From NCBI RefSeq assembly GCF_964355755.1, contig NC_092677.1:10376101-10440100 (forward strand): a stretch of 64,000 bases of DNA, read 5' to 3'. A program made the position numbers and the translations under genes. This DNA comes from Antedon mediterranea. Lineage: Eukaryota > Animalia > Echinodermata. Of the stretch, positions 1 through 13,747 are shown piece after piece. The notes beneath the pieces are model-generated. The model searched no databases and was not told where the DNA came from. It saw only the letters and a list, made by a program, of their open reading frames with translations. The number at the start of each line of letters is the position of its first letter. Within the stretch, counting starts at the first letter, position 1.

Positions 1-140
1 CTGTATGTGACAACAAATGTGATGTGCCCATATATGGACACGATGATGTCATATCACTACCATATTTGGGCATATCACTACCATATTTGGACACATCATA
101 CTTTTTTGTCAAACTAGTTTGGTAACTTGTAGACAGAGCT
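1..140. mobile_element. MITE family A (Harbinger-like), copy truncated by the window edge
   Basis: Internal catatcactaccatatttgg doublet; terminus tgtagacagagct followed by TAA. Confidence 0.8.
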
Positions 141-1990
141 TAAGCATATATATTGGTTGTTGTGCAATAGAATTGGTGCACACACTATACCCACAACACA
201 GTCCAAAGTGCTATTTTGTGTTTCATGTAAACAATACACCATGACATCTACAATCGGTAATTGTTATTTAAACTTTCATTGTCAAAAAACAAAAAGATAT
301 TTGGAAATTCCTTGAAACCTGATAGAAACAAAGCCGATAAATAAGCACAGGCAACAACAATGTATTTTTAATTCTAACATTTATATACCAATTCCTACAA
401 TTGTATGCTTGGAAATTTCATTAAATGTGTAGAGCCACTAAATTTCAACAACCATTCCTAGCTTTCATTACTGTAAAGAATTATATAGGCCTATTTATTG
501 CCAATTTAGGTTCGTTGATTTTTATAAGAGCAATTTTTGTGACATTGAAAATCGGATTGCAATTCTTTATAACATAATTAACGTCAATTGATTTTTCATC
601 AAAGGTCAACTAGGGTCAATTTGTGGAAAGGGTTATATTATCTACTTAAGAACTTGGTAATAAAAAAAAAATCATCAATAAGAATAAACTTTATTTGTAT
701 AAAGACAATAACAAATAAATAGTACCTTTCTAAAAATTATATAATAAAATAAAAAAAATTTGGCAGGTAAACTGGTAAGGTAGATAACTTACTGTTTGAA
801 GATTTTAATCACTTGGAGATATATTTCCTCCCTAAAGGCCACATGAACTTCTAACCTCAAATTAACAAGACCTTGGTCGACATCGCACCTTAGGTTTGAA
901 CGGCCAAATTCACTTACCTTTCAAATAAAAGAACGCTAACCGAGTTAACGTCTACAGTAGGTAACACGATTAGGACAGAGTAAAACCATTGTTTTTGTGA
1001 TACGTCGGAGGGCATGTGTTTCTTCAGCTGTATGTGCCCTTTCGGAGCATAGACATAGCATTAACTACTGTATGCCTCAAGCTTCACTGATTGGCTGAGC
1101 AGAAACGATATAGACGAGACTTGTTCTACGAGCCAAAGACCAAGTGCTTTGACAACAGCTGAATTGAAAGCAATAATAAGTCATCGGTAGTTTTACATAG
1201 TTCTCAAGCACAATAGGTTGTCTTGTTGTATACTCTATGCTATTTAAGTATATTCAACAGTTAATACGCACCATTGACTCCATTTGTAATCACAACATAT
1301 ACACATAGTCTATTACTATAAAGCATATCAAATACATTTTGAATGAGGGGAGTACTAGCATGGGCAGTAAGACCCTGTCGCTTTTAAAATGGTAAACATT
1401 TTTTTTTAACCTGCCAATAAGAATTTTTATCATTGCATTGACATTTCCTATTTCAACAAAAAGTAAACTACGTATGATGATAATTTCGTATTCATTTTTA
1501 CCAGATATGTTATCAGTTGTAAATACTTGTGAATATCAAGAAAATGTAAACATGTAATTTGTAGACATAACAATTAACATACTAGTCATCACAGTACATT
1601 TATAAGATACCGGCACATAGGTCATGTTTAACAATGTGAACACTTACTCATGACAAACATTTATAAAAAACAGCATCATTATCCATTATATGATAATGCT
1701 GAAGATTTCACATCAAATGTTGTACATTGTTGATAATAAACATTGAATGTGAACCTAGCAGTTGAATAAATCTAGTGGCAGTTTTCATCGCTGTTGGTTG
1801 TGAACTAAATAAAATTAATAAAAGAAAGAAATAAATCCATGACATCATGCGCCCTCTGTAGATATACTATTGTAGGGATAACATATAAATAATATATATT
1901 GCCTCAGTGAAATTCAAACTCTTTTGACAAATTCCAAGTTAATTTTTGGGGGACCTATCAGGTACCACTACATACTTTCATATTCGTGGT

Positions 1991-2057
1991 AAGGGAGGAG
2001 AAAGGAAGAGGGAGGTGAAAGAGGGGAAGGGAAGAGGAAAGTAAGAAGAGGAGAGAG
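1991..2057. repeat. Polypurine tract
   Basis: Almost pure A/G over about 65 bp. Confidence 0.8.
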
Positions 2058-2522
2058 GTGAATTTATACCAGAGTATACATAATATTTCCATATACCGTA
2101 GTCTGTACAAACATAACAACCACTAGACAGACATAACATACTTAAGCTGAAAATGTATGCAAAACCATAAGCCACATTCCAGCAACAGACAACCATATCA
2201 TTTTTCATCACAAAGACACTTCCTATCTGAACAAAAAACAGTACCATCCACAACAGAATACCATAGTTTTTCAAAACAAATACCAGGATAACATTGTTTT
2301 GTGAATTATGTCTGAATTTTTACACATTGTACAATATCTGTAAATAATGTTTGCGCTATACTGCATTTGAATAAGATAATCCTTTGTAAAAAGGGGGTAT
2401 TTGGCAGACCACAATACAAACCAATGAAAGGATGTGAAATAATTTGGTTTACTAATCAATTCGCATTCATATTTTATCATTCTTTTAATTTGCTAAACAT
2501 TTTTTTTAGTATCATTGAATAA

Positions 2523-2694
2523 AGCTTGGTTCCCACTAGAACGTAACGCAAGGACGTAAACGCAACGCAAGCGTTTTAACCAATGACAAGCGAAGTTATA
2601 GACAGTTACAAGCAAATAAGCCATCGCTTGTGATTGGTCAATTCACTTGCGATGCGTTACGTCCTTGTGTTGTGTCGCTAGTTGGAACCACGCT
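2523..2694. mobile_element. MITE family B (Harbinger-like, near-palindromic), TAA target duplication
   Basis: TAA-agcttggttcccactag ... ctagttggaaccacgct-TAA, with long imperfect inverted arms (acgcaaggacgtaa / ttacgtccttgtgt). Confidence 0.85.
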
Positions 2695-2974
2695 TAACCT
2701 TGCTACGTTGATGTAACGTAATTCCTGGGCGGTCATTTCTGATCTGATTTGCGACACCTACTGTATGACCTTGGAACTCTCAAAAGTGGATTGATGGATT
2801 CTTGTCGATAACCAATGGAATAATATGCGTAGATCAAGTTTACTAAAATTAGAATGTACGGCCTAGCCAACCGTAACCATTGAAGTAACCTCAAAGTATT
2901 TAACATATTCTGAACAATAACAAATATTATAATAGAAAGAGCACTGTACATAACTTATATTTGTTTGTGCAATT

Positions 2975-3116
2975 ATGTGTGTGTACACAATATATTTTAT
3001 TGTATACCTATTTATTATTTTACTAATAATTGTCAATCTTCAAGAAGAATTTCTGTTGTTATTTTATGATGATGGACAAATAAAGCATTTCAGTATTCAG
3101 TATTCAGTATTCAGTA
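2975..3116 (+). mobile_element. Retroposon 3' tail
   Basis: atggacaaataaa followed by (ttcagta)x4. A sibling at 60143-60182 has the same atggacaaataaa and (tcttgaa)x3. Confidence 0.5.
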
Positions 3117-3903
3117 CATGGTACTGTACTGGTACATTATCAAGTTTTGGAATGTACGCCCACCATGTACAAAACATGTATCAAATTAATGGAATTAATA
3201 CTACAGAATAAAATTGTTTAATAATAAATGTATCCATTTCATGTATAATATTTTAAGACAGACATAACAATAACATAAATCCCTCTTTAAAAAAATTGTA
3301 AACGTAGAATAGAATCGTCATATTATAATCCATATTTCATCCATATTTCGAATACAATCCATCTAATTATATATAAACAATGTAATCTAGACATAATACT
3401 ATTTGACAGTATATCTTCATTTTCTTTTCACACAACTTTCTAAAACTGTTAACTTTACTAAAACAATTCAATTTAAACATAAGAATAAAGAAATGTTATT
3501 ATCAAATGTTGTCAGTATGAGATGGTCATGATAACAAATGTGAACAAGTAACCCACCATGAAGAAAGTTTAAACCAACACTGTACTACTAATACAGTATA
3601 ATTAACAATGTGAATGTGAAGTTATCATGATGAAGAAAGTTATACCATAATAGTATAGTATTGGTATCTCATCCAAACCAGACTTTAATATAATTAGTTA
3701 AACAATCTTAGTTTAAGCAATCTTGAAATAACAATGGAGAATATTTTAAAACATTTGTTGGTTGGTTTGAAAAGGTCATGATTAACAGTGTGAACAAGTT
3801 ACTCATGATGAAGAAAGTTTATATACAAAATCTGTTTTCAACACTTTTTTTTGTTATCACCATCAAGAGAACAACTTAATAATCCAATGAAGGAAGTTCC
3901 TAA

Positions 3904-4064
3904 AGCTCTGTCTACAGTATTAAACTTGATGTGACAAAAAAATGTGATGTGCCAATATATAGACATGATGATGTCATATCACTACCATATTTGGGCATAT
4001 CACAACCATATTTGGCCAAATCACACTTCTTTTGTCAAACTAGTTTGATAGTGTAGACAAAACT
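3904..4064. mobile_element. MITE family A, near full length
   Basis: TIR agctctgtctaca.. / ..gatagtgtagaca and the same internal doublet. Confidence 0.85.
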
Positions 4065-4978
4065 TGCATTATAAAACCTTTTATTTAGTTAATGATGTTG
4101 CTTTCATTTTATATGTTATAATGTACAGTATTACACCGATTATGGCTATAATCTAAAGAGCAAAATTGAATCAACATTAATATTTGAATGCAGCATGGCT
4201 TCAACACACATTAAGTTAGCCATACTCGGCAGCTCTCGCTGAGTCACTCACTTGAAAGCTGTATTTCCGCTTTTGCATTTAATACACACTTTAAGTCGCA
4301 TCATTGGTTCTATCAGAACAAATTAAGTTTTAATGGGTTTATTTAAAAAAAAAGTTATTTTCATGGTGTTATCGAGAAAAATAATTTGACAAATCTATTT
4401 AAAAAAAAATTATTTCAACAAGAAACTTTTAATGTATTTTAATATTTTATATGTTATGTATCACAATTAGCAGTACATATAACATTATCGCTGTTTATTT
4501 TTATGGTTATATAACAACAATTATTTGTAATTGTTATGGTTCTATTTATCAAGATAAATTAGTTCATTATAAAAATATTTTGTCAACTCAAAACTTCACT
4601 TTACATTACTTATACTCCTTGAATCACTGGTTCCATGAAAATGAAAATATTTTTTTTTATAATTCTATAAAATATATTTAAAAAAAAAACACTTGAAAAT
4701 TGAAATAATTTATTATTCATACAAATAAAATTACTGTAAGTCTGGATTTTATATATGAGGGGGGGGGGGGGGAAGGGACAGGGCCTAAAAATTGTAAAAT
4801 AAGGTGATGAACATCTACAGTAATGTCCTATCTTTTGGATTGTGATTTCAAAAGAGGGGGATAGGGGGAGGTGGGGATGATAAACATCACTGTCAAGGAT
4901 ACAAAATGAGAGAAAGCTAAAGGCCTACAGATTTACATAGCCTTTTCTAATTTGCTATATTTAGATATAAAAAACATA

Positions 4979-5975
4979 CCGTAAAATCTTCTTCTTTAAT
5001 AGTAACCCACATTTTAATAGTAACCCACATTCTAATAGTAACCCCCTTCTAATAGTAACCCCCTTCTAATAGTAACCCCCTTCTAATAGTAACCCACATT
5101 CTAATAGTAACCCCCTTCTAATAGTAACCCCCTTCTAATAGTAACCCACACTCTAATAGTAACCCACACTCTAATAGTAACCCCCTTCTAATAGTAACCC
5201 CCCTTCTAATAGTAACTCCCCTTCTAATAGTAACCCCCCTTCTAATAGTAACCCCCCTTCTAATAGTAACCCACACTCTAATAGTAACCCCCCTTCTAAT
5301 AGTAACCCCCCTTCTAATAGTAACCCCCCTTCTAATAGTAACCCCCCTTCTAATAGTAACCCCCCTTCTAATAGTAACCCCCCCCCCTTCTAATAGTAAC
5401 CCCCTTCTAATAGTAACCCCCCTTCTAATAGTAACCCCCCTTCTAATAGTAACCCCCCTTCTAATAGTAACCCCCCTTCTAATAGTAACCCCCCTTCTAA
5501 TAGTAACCCCCCTTCTAATAGTAACCCACATTCTAAAAGTAACCCACATTCTAATAGTAACCCTCCTTCTAATAGTAACCCACCTTATAAGTCAATCTAT
5601 AATAATAACCCACTACTTCAAATCAAAAACTATTGACAAAATGACATTTATAAGACTGGTTGTTTATGATGCAGCCGTATTTTGAAAACAAGGAGATAAT
5701 GCATGTTGATCTCGCAAATGGGGGAGGATTGAGTGTTTTTGAGTTTATAAAATGAAGTTAGAGTTCAAACAAATTATTTATTCATACTGTTTTATTATTT
5801 TGCTATGATTTGCTGACCGGAAAAGTTGGGGTGGGTTACTATTTCAAGGTGCCTAATTTAAGATTAGTAATACTAACCCACTACTCTAATAGTAACCCAC
5901 TACTCTAATAGTAACCAACCCTAAAAAACAATCAAAGAATAATATAACCGAGGATTACAATTAGAAGATTTACGG
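4979..5975. mobile_element. Tc2-like (Tc1/mariner superfamily) non-autonomous element, family C, with internal 17-18 bp minisatellite
   Basis: TA-CCGTAAAATCTTCT ... AGAAGATTTACGG-TA. CCGTA termini with a TA duplication are characteristic of Tc2-type elements. Confidence 0.8.
4996..5585. repeat. Minisatellite (ctaatagtaacccccctt)n, about 33 units
   Basis: Direct tandem array; it explains the GVTIRR pseudo-ORF. Confidence 0.95.
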
Positions 5976-8900
5976 TATTACACTTACTTTACTATTTACA
6001 ATGCACTAATGTTCTTACTATCAAGCTTGGATGAACTACTTGTCGGAAAGCACAGACTGGTTAAAACTAGCCCGATGTATTTTTTTAATAAAAATGTTCA
6101 TGTGACTAAATCACTATGAATCATTTCTACCAGTTCTATTATGCCCTATAAAAGTAATCTGAAATGATTTTACCTTATGAAGAAATTGAACAAAAATAAA
6201 CGAACAAAACAATGTTAGAATTACGTTTTCAGAGTTGTGAATAAAATGTGAAAACATGAAGCATGAGTAATATGATCTAACCACACATGCGCTCTGAAAT
6301 TCGCAGGGAAAAAAAACGCGTTTAAACAAGGAAAAAACATCTGTAATTTCACTGTATTTAAACTTGAATACTGAAACCCTTTACATCTAGTAGATAGTAC
6401 TATAGATTTTCCACAAAAAAAATGTATGATCTGTATTTGAATATCAATGTATACAAACTACTGAAAACTGGAAATACAGTGTTATAAAAATGTCATTAAA
6501 TACATTCGTGTATTGAAAAGCAATTATACACACAATCATTTTTTAATTGAAAAACCAACTGAATTCTACCTGTACGTTGTTGAATGAAGATATTACGGAA
6601 CTCACTTCAGCATGATATTGTATAAGGCACGTAGGAAGCTATCTGGGCGTTAAGCGTCTAGACCATCATCAGACAGTGCTTTATCAGTCTGATCAGGTGC
6701 ATTAAACACAAATGAATGTTTTTGGTCTCCGATCATGAGATCGCAAATACGTCACGGTTTTTAAGCAGGAGTGAAACATAACCATTCTCTTTAATCTATA
6801 GTTTTACACAACACACACAGCTGGAAAATTATCGCTGAATGTGAATCTGAATTTTGAATTCATTATCAATAGTTTTAATAAATCATAAAGGTTTATTTTT
6901 TTTCAAAAATCAACATTAAAAAAGTTGACCTTAAAAAAATTTCAATTCATAACTTGTAATCTCAGGACAGAAAAAAAAAACCAGAATCTTTTAAATCAAT
7001 TGATAGAGTAAATAAATAACACATCTTAACAAAATTTGAATTTGTAAATATAGAAGAACTGATAGTATTTAAAAGTAATTAACAATAATTGTAGTTTACT
7101 CTTTTTCAATGAATACAATTTTATAATAAATTTCTGTATTCTGTATAAAGAAATTATATCTATAATATGTATTTAAAAAAAATTTTTTTTTCATTGAACT
7201 GTTTATTAACTATGTATTATATGTTTTTAGCTTTAATATTCATATGGGATTATATTTTTAATTTTATACAATAATAATAATAATAATATATAAAATTGTG
7301 AAAATGCGATTCCCAAATCCTAGATGTCAATCGATACAAACTATGGGGTAATTGTAGAATTTTTGATCGATACCAGTTTTAGAAGTAGAGTTTTTTTACA
7401 GATAGATAAAAAAAAAACACAGGAAGATGGCTAGCTTTGAAATAAGGTCAAAAAGGTCATCTATTTATGGATTTAATCAGTAAGAGAAAAACGTGCAAAC
7501 GACAATGGCTTTGCGCATGCGTTTACATAATACATTCAATCATTAACCGGCGCACTCAAAATACATAATTTCAATGAGAAAATACTTGTAAAAACATTAC
7601 TATATTATTTATAACTTTCTTTAAATATGATTGCTTGTTTTACCATTTAATGTTATTTTACAAGGCCGTGTGGACGCTATATATTGGTAATACGTAAAAT
7701 TAACTACTAAAAACTAAGAAATAAATAAAACAAATTTCAAAATCAGTATCAACATAAAGCGAAACCATTATATTACAATAGGTGAATTTCTAATTCGATC
7801 ACCAAATTTATTCCATAAAATTGTCGAACGATAAGTGGATCTTTCCTTTTTATGTTCTGTGTTTGGATGAACAACGTTTAGTATATTTTCAGGTATTGTT
7901 TTCCGTTTTATACAGTCAATTTAAAAGATAAAAATAAAAGTGTTAAGTATCAATTGTAGGATTCTCTGAATAGTTTAGTACTAAGGATGATGACATTATA
8001 AATAAGAAAAAATCCTCGTCAACACTCTAGCGTATTAAAACTAATTATACTAAGAAAAGATCAAGAAATATCAGTATTTGAATGAATGAATCTTTAAAAT
8101 AAACATTGTTAGTTAGTAAAATACATTTGATATATATTTTTTTTCCTCCAGACATTTTTTAGTGCTACAGTATATAAGTCTGTATAACGCAATGCAATAT
8201 GATGAACACGATAGAAAATGTATTTGAATGTAAAAGGTTGTGTCGTAATGACGTGATGTATGTTAATACAACTATAGTCTTGACATCGACTTTATCGCAG
8301 AAATTTCTTAGTACATCGCAGACATGGTTATTAACATAAGTCGCGATAGACTAGGAACTCCGGCGTCAGTATCAACATACATGTAAATATATTACAAGGT
8401 CTCCCTATAGAAATGTTTAGGACATTAAGGCCCAGATTACATGAAGAAACTGGTTTAACGAGATGTTACAAAATACGATATAACATAAAAATCACATTTA
8501 ACAAGCTCTAATACTGCATTAAGCAGCAACAAAAATTGTTCGTAGACAAAGGCTTTAAATAGGGCGATGAACTGTATAACAAGTGTAACTTAACACTGAG
8601 CTTCTTTGCAGTTAGTAAGCATGATATACTTGCACTACTTCAATGCTACTTCTGTGTGTTTTAGTACAATAAGTATAGTCTAGACTACAACGATGGCATT
8701 ACGCATTTGATTACTTAACCTACATTAATTATTCGTCTGTCTCAGTTTTTGCCGCGCATTAAACGTGAAGTGCGAAAATCTTCATGATGCGGGTAACTGA
8801 TGACGAACATGTAAGCCTTATCAATGTAACACTCTCTAGGGATAATCTTGGCATTATTGTATGAAAACGAATTTCAACTATGATATCTTTAAGGACCCTC

Positions 8901-11900
8901 TTAGGAATCTATATTCAAAACGTTCTTAATTAAACACATACACACCAAGGTCAGAGCATCATAGAAACTCTTAAATTTCTCAGAACCGATACATTTTGAT
9001 ACTTCGTAAAATAATATTCAATATGAGTAATTTTCTTTTCAATGTAGCTTTTATCACAATGGTGATAAAAACGTTTATGTTAAAATAATTTTAGTGGCCT
9101 TTGGGCAAACTTAAACTACTCTTTACTACTAGATTTAGTAAAAACGGTATGAAATAAAAATTTTGAAAAATCCAAGAAATAAAGTTAACTTATAATTTGT
9201 ACAAATAGGATCCCCACCCTACCCCACCCCCTTCACAACAATGCACTTAATTGTAGTCTTACGGTATCCTTAAAACACGCACTGTATGTAAAATATATAA
9301 TTTTCACTCCAGTGCAATTGAAAATTAAATGAAGGACTCATCAAATGTTGGAGCCTCATTTTATTTGTTTTTAAATGGTTATACTATGTATTCTGATATT
9401 AAGTGAAAATCCAGTTTATAACTGGACTTTTAATATATCATTATCCTATTGAATTGAATATTAACTTAGAACTTATTTGTTACTATTCTGTACCATCACA
9501 AAAATGTAAAAGTGTAAAAATATTAATGTCGGTTACTTTTGAACATGCGCCTTAAGGTTAATTTACATTTTATAGCGTCTGAAAATTTGTGGTTTTAATG
9601 TCCGTAAAAGTAGGTCAACTGAACTAATTGGGTTAAGCTTGGCTAAATTATACATAAACATTCTGGAATAGCGCAGCTGTGTATGTTATGAATACACAAG
9701 TCATAATGATGCTGATAAATAGGACTGTTACCTTTTTATTAAAATGCCTCAGGTTGTATTCCAAAAGTAGGTCACCTAACGACTGCCCTTGACTCCTGTG
9801 TCTGGACACAGGCTGAGAGAATCCTCTTAATTTATTTTCAATTGACATTAATCTATCCTGGAATATGATTTGTTAAATCTATTACTACAATGCTAGTAGG
9901 AAGAGTAATTGGTTGGCTATTAATAAATTTAATAGGTCACACTTTCATTCAGTCTACCAGTATTTTATTGACCAATTCCCTTTAGAGTCTTTAGTAAAGA
10001 AGTTAAACCAAAATTGAATAAAATCTTTGAAAATTCACAAGAAAATTGAATTGTTGGATTAGCATGTAATCAAAATCTAAAAATAAGTTTGATGATAATT
10101 TAATATTTCCTAATAGTCTTCCTAATATTATATTAAATTTTTACGTTTCAGACAATTTGGTCTTGCAGATAATTTTTCTTACCTAATAGCTTTTTTTTTA
10201 TCTTCTTGGATAGGCAAAAAAAGGGGAAGATAATAATATTAATAAAAAATGCGTTGTCGCCAAAGCCAAACAAACCCAAAATTTGAGAAATCTAGCTTTT
10301 TTCTGTTCGGTTTTTTGAGTTAGCATAAGCAAAAAGTATTTTATTTTAAACAAATTAATTTTTTAATATCAACTATTCGCCAAGGTCTAAACCTTCGATG
10401 AATATCTTTGTTTAGTTTAAATTGTTCTATAGCGCCCTCTATGGGGGTAGTACCGTTTTTTTAAGGGAATTTATTTATATTTACCGTACATCACCAAACA
10501 CAAATCAGTCTTTTTTTAATAGCCAATCGATCCCGTTTTATTATTTTTTTTAAGTTTCAAAAGTAAAAAGATACAAAATAATTGGTAAAATCATGAATAA
10601 GGAAGTGACGCTAATTAAAGTGAAGTATTGTTAATGTTACAGACACTTCACATACAGAAGGTTAAGAATACATAAAAATGTATTTAAGGTCAAATTTGTA
10701 ATATAATCTTTCAATATCTAAGGTTTTTTTGTATGACTTTCTGTTAATAATCTGCAAACCTCATCTACTTCCTTTTGGGTGATACAACCATAATTTCTCT
10801 GAAATTTCTTCTATTTATTCCACATATACAACTTTTCTTGAAATTTGTATACCAACATGGAAGATGGAAAAATCTCTCCTATCTACAGACTTCCCAACAT
10901 GGAAAAGTGAAAGGAAAAGAAGAATTTATGAAAGCATAGCCATGCGAGAAATTCACCAAGCTATAGAGGCTAGGATCATAAACAATCTCAGGCATCGGCA
11001 AAAATAATAATGTGCTTTCCAAATGCGAAAAAAACATTATTAACTTAGAAACTAGGCCCTAGCAGTAGAAGAATATAAATGTTCAATAACAAAATGATTG
11101 GAAAAAAATTGCTTCTTATATCAGGAACCTTTCAGGATTACCGGGAGACTTGAGAGGTCTCTGTATCTATCTTTACGTCATTTACTGTATATTCCGCTGA
11201 TGGTGTCAATATCCCATTACACATAAACTCGGACAAAATTCATTTTATTTATCATAGTGACCTCCCCAAGCCATAATTGGGCTTAAAAGAATATCAAAGT
11301 TAGTATCGATAAAGTTTCAAATCTGCCCTGGGAGAATCAACGATTTCAGTAACCTTCAGTAAAGGAATATATGAAATATATTAAAATATTTCAACAGATT
11401 CTACGATATAGATTGAAGGCTTTTCATGGCTTTCCGTTTCCGTCTAAAACATTACACATCACAAGTAAGAAACTACTTTAATAGAAGCATAAACAATACA
11501 TGCTATGGAATGACCATATTGTCTGGGATAGAATCACATTGAAAGTATAAGCCTAACTTTAAAGCTCAGGTACAGGCATGAATTTTAAATATAATATTTG
11601 GTTAATTGTACATAAATCAAATATTTGTAACAGAAATCGAGACGAAAAAACATGAATTTCCCTTAATATGGTGAAATACAAAATTTGGCAAAATTCTTTC
11701 ATAAAAACCAGGAAGACTTTTTTTCAGTAGTTAGGTAGTTAACCTAATGTAATAACATGTCTGGTGACTCCCTAGACGGTGAAAAAAGATGGTGGATATA
11801 CGGGGGATAATTTTTGCTATAGCATGAAAATAAAAATCTGAAGTTGAATAAAAATATCAGAAATGTAATATTCTAGTTATATTACCTATATTTAGTCATC

Positions 11901-12199
11901 TGATAATATTTTTTACCACACCATTTATTTTTCATAGCTTTTTAAAATGCCTCTCTATTACAAAATTTGTGTACAAAAGAATAGAGATTTTACTGAGTAA
12001 TTTGAACTATCCCCCCCACTGATATGAAAGTGCTTATTTTCAACAAGGTCGTGTAACACAAATAAAATCCCAAAAATTATGAAATATAGGGGAAACTATA
12101 GATCAATAATTATTGGAATGTATGATCAATAGAAATTTTTTGCCCGCACCTGGCCTTTAAGTTTAGATCTGATCTACCAGCCTTAAAAAAGGTATTTTT

Positions 12200-12901
12200 G
12201 AACATAAAATCACATAAAGTTTAGGGGGGGCGGGGGGTGGGCTTATACCCGAGTATTTAAAAATGCAGATTGTCAAAATCAGCACATGTACTGTGTATTC
12301 AATCATGGACATCCCTCCTCTGAAACCTCCACACTAGCGCCCTCACAATGTGTTAGGACGTGTACGTTGCCTATACATGATGTGTAGAGTGCCGGAAAAT
12401 TAAACTCTTAATTCATGTCATTTGTCGTACAATATCTAATATTTTAAACATCAATTGAACAAGAAATTATCAAGCAAAAAAGCAAATAACAATGTTTGTT
12501 AGATAGAATTGTACCAAAGAAATTTAATAACTTGTTTATGGCAGCTGCTACCAAATAGGAGTTCTCCGTTTTGGCTACTTGTGATTCGAGCATAGTGTGT
12601 GCAGCGATCTTCGCCCGCGATGGAGTGTAAACAATACAGGATACCTAGGCCTGATATGGTCTAGCTTATATTAGCCTAGCTTGGTTATGATAAAAGGAAG
12701 GTGGATGCGGCGTATGGAAGTTGCTAGACGGGTCGACTATCACAAAATTAATACTCGCCCTTACCAAATACATACAGCACCTACTGTAGATCTTCAAATT
12801 ATTGGATGGGCTTATACCAGAGTGCCTCATATTGCATTAAAATTAGTCAAAAGTCGGGGTGGCTTAAACCGGAGTATGGGCTTATACCTGCATCAGTACG
12901 G
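12200..12901. mobile_element. Tc2-like family D, diverged copy lacking the left TIR
   Basis: Colinear with 29004-29637; ends tcagtacgg-TA. Confidence 0.85.
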
Positions 12902-13747
12902 TAAACAGAACCTTGGAGATCAGTTTTTAGTCGTGTGCAAACAATTACTAAAAATAAAAAACTCTATAGTTCAAAATGTCGGTCGGTAATAGGTCGGTTG
13001 GTCGGTAAACACTAACTAAAATTTGCACGACTGGGCCAGCCATGTATGGCCTTGTTAAGTATAGGATTGATCAGGGACAAGAAATTTCAAGTTAATAATG
13101 TAAAATAATGTAGACATACTTGAGCCCACTCCTAATATAACATATATAAACAGAGTGTAAATTGCCTAAAGACCCCATTATATCTCAAATGTGAAAACTA
13201 CAACATATTGAACATAAAAACTTCTATTAACTGGAAAATAAACTGTTTACGATATTCTTCAAGAACAAAGTTTATGATACACAGACAATAGTGACAAACT
13301 ATGTATAAACTTACCCTATTGTATTAAAATCATTTCCCTTTCTGGTTGTTCTTACTATGTTTCGACTAGCAATAAATTTACTTTCAAATAAAGTGACAGC
13401 TGCGGATATACGTGTAAATGTAGACACTTATTGTTGTATAATAAATGTTATATGTAAATGTCTATGTAACAACAGAGAGACACTGAAAAGATTACAAGGT
13501 TTTTGGTTGGTCTATGTGCCCCATGGGAGGCGTGGCTTGATGTGATACTGTCTTAACCCTAAACCCTCAACCACTGTCAGTGTTTTGTGTTTGTGCAATC
13601 ATGTGCTACTCTGACTAATACTGCTGCTGTCTGAATCACTAACACTTTTTTCTGTCTAAAGTTTAATATCTAATGTAAAACATTCATTTTGTAACACATT
13701 GGTCAATTGTCACTTTCTGTAAACAACACCTGCTGTTATTAATAATT

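Noticed and set aside
5118-5549. 143-aa GVTIRR repeat ORF
   Set aside because: Translation of an 18-bp minisatellite inside a MITE; frame shifts follow unit-length variants.
9732-9857. Open 126-nt minus-strand candidate exon (DRLMSIENKLRGFSQ...HFNKK) with AG/GT ends
   Set aside because: It is open in phase 0 but hits a stop in phase 1, so it cannot follow the phase-1 stalk exon directly. No recognisable homology.
11185-11280. Minus-strand IMAWGG...NGILT resembling a Tc1 transposase segment
   Set aside because: Needs a frameshift, and the flanking DDE motifs (SDE, QDNA, SPDLNPIE) are not visible; may be chance.
10200-12160. Possible large TTAA-ended element (ends gcacctggcct-TTAA)
   Set aside because: The matching opposite terminus was not found, so boundaries are unsupported.
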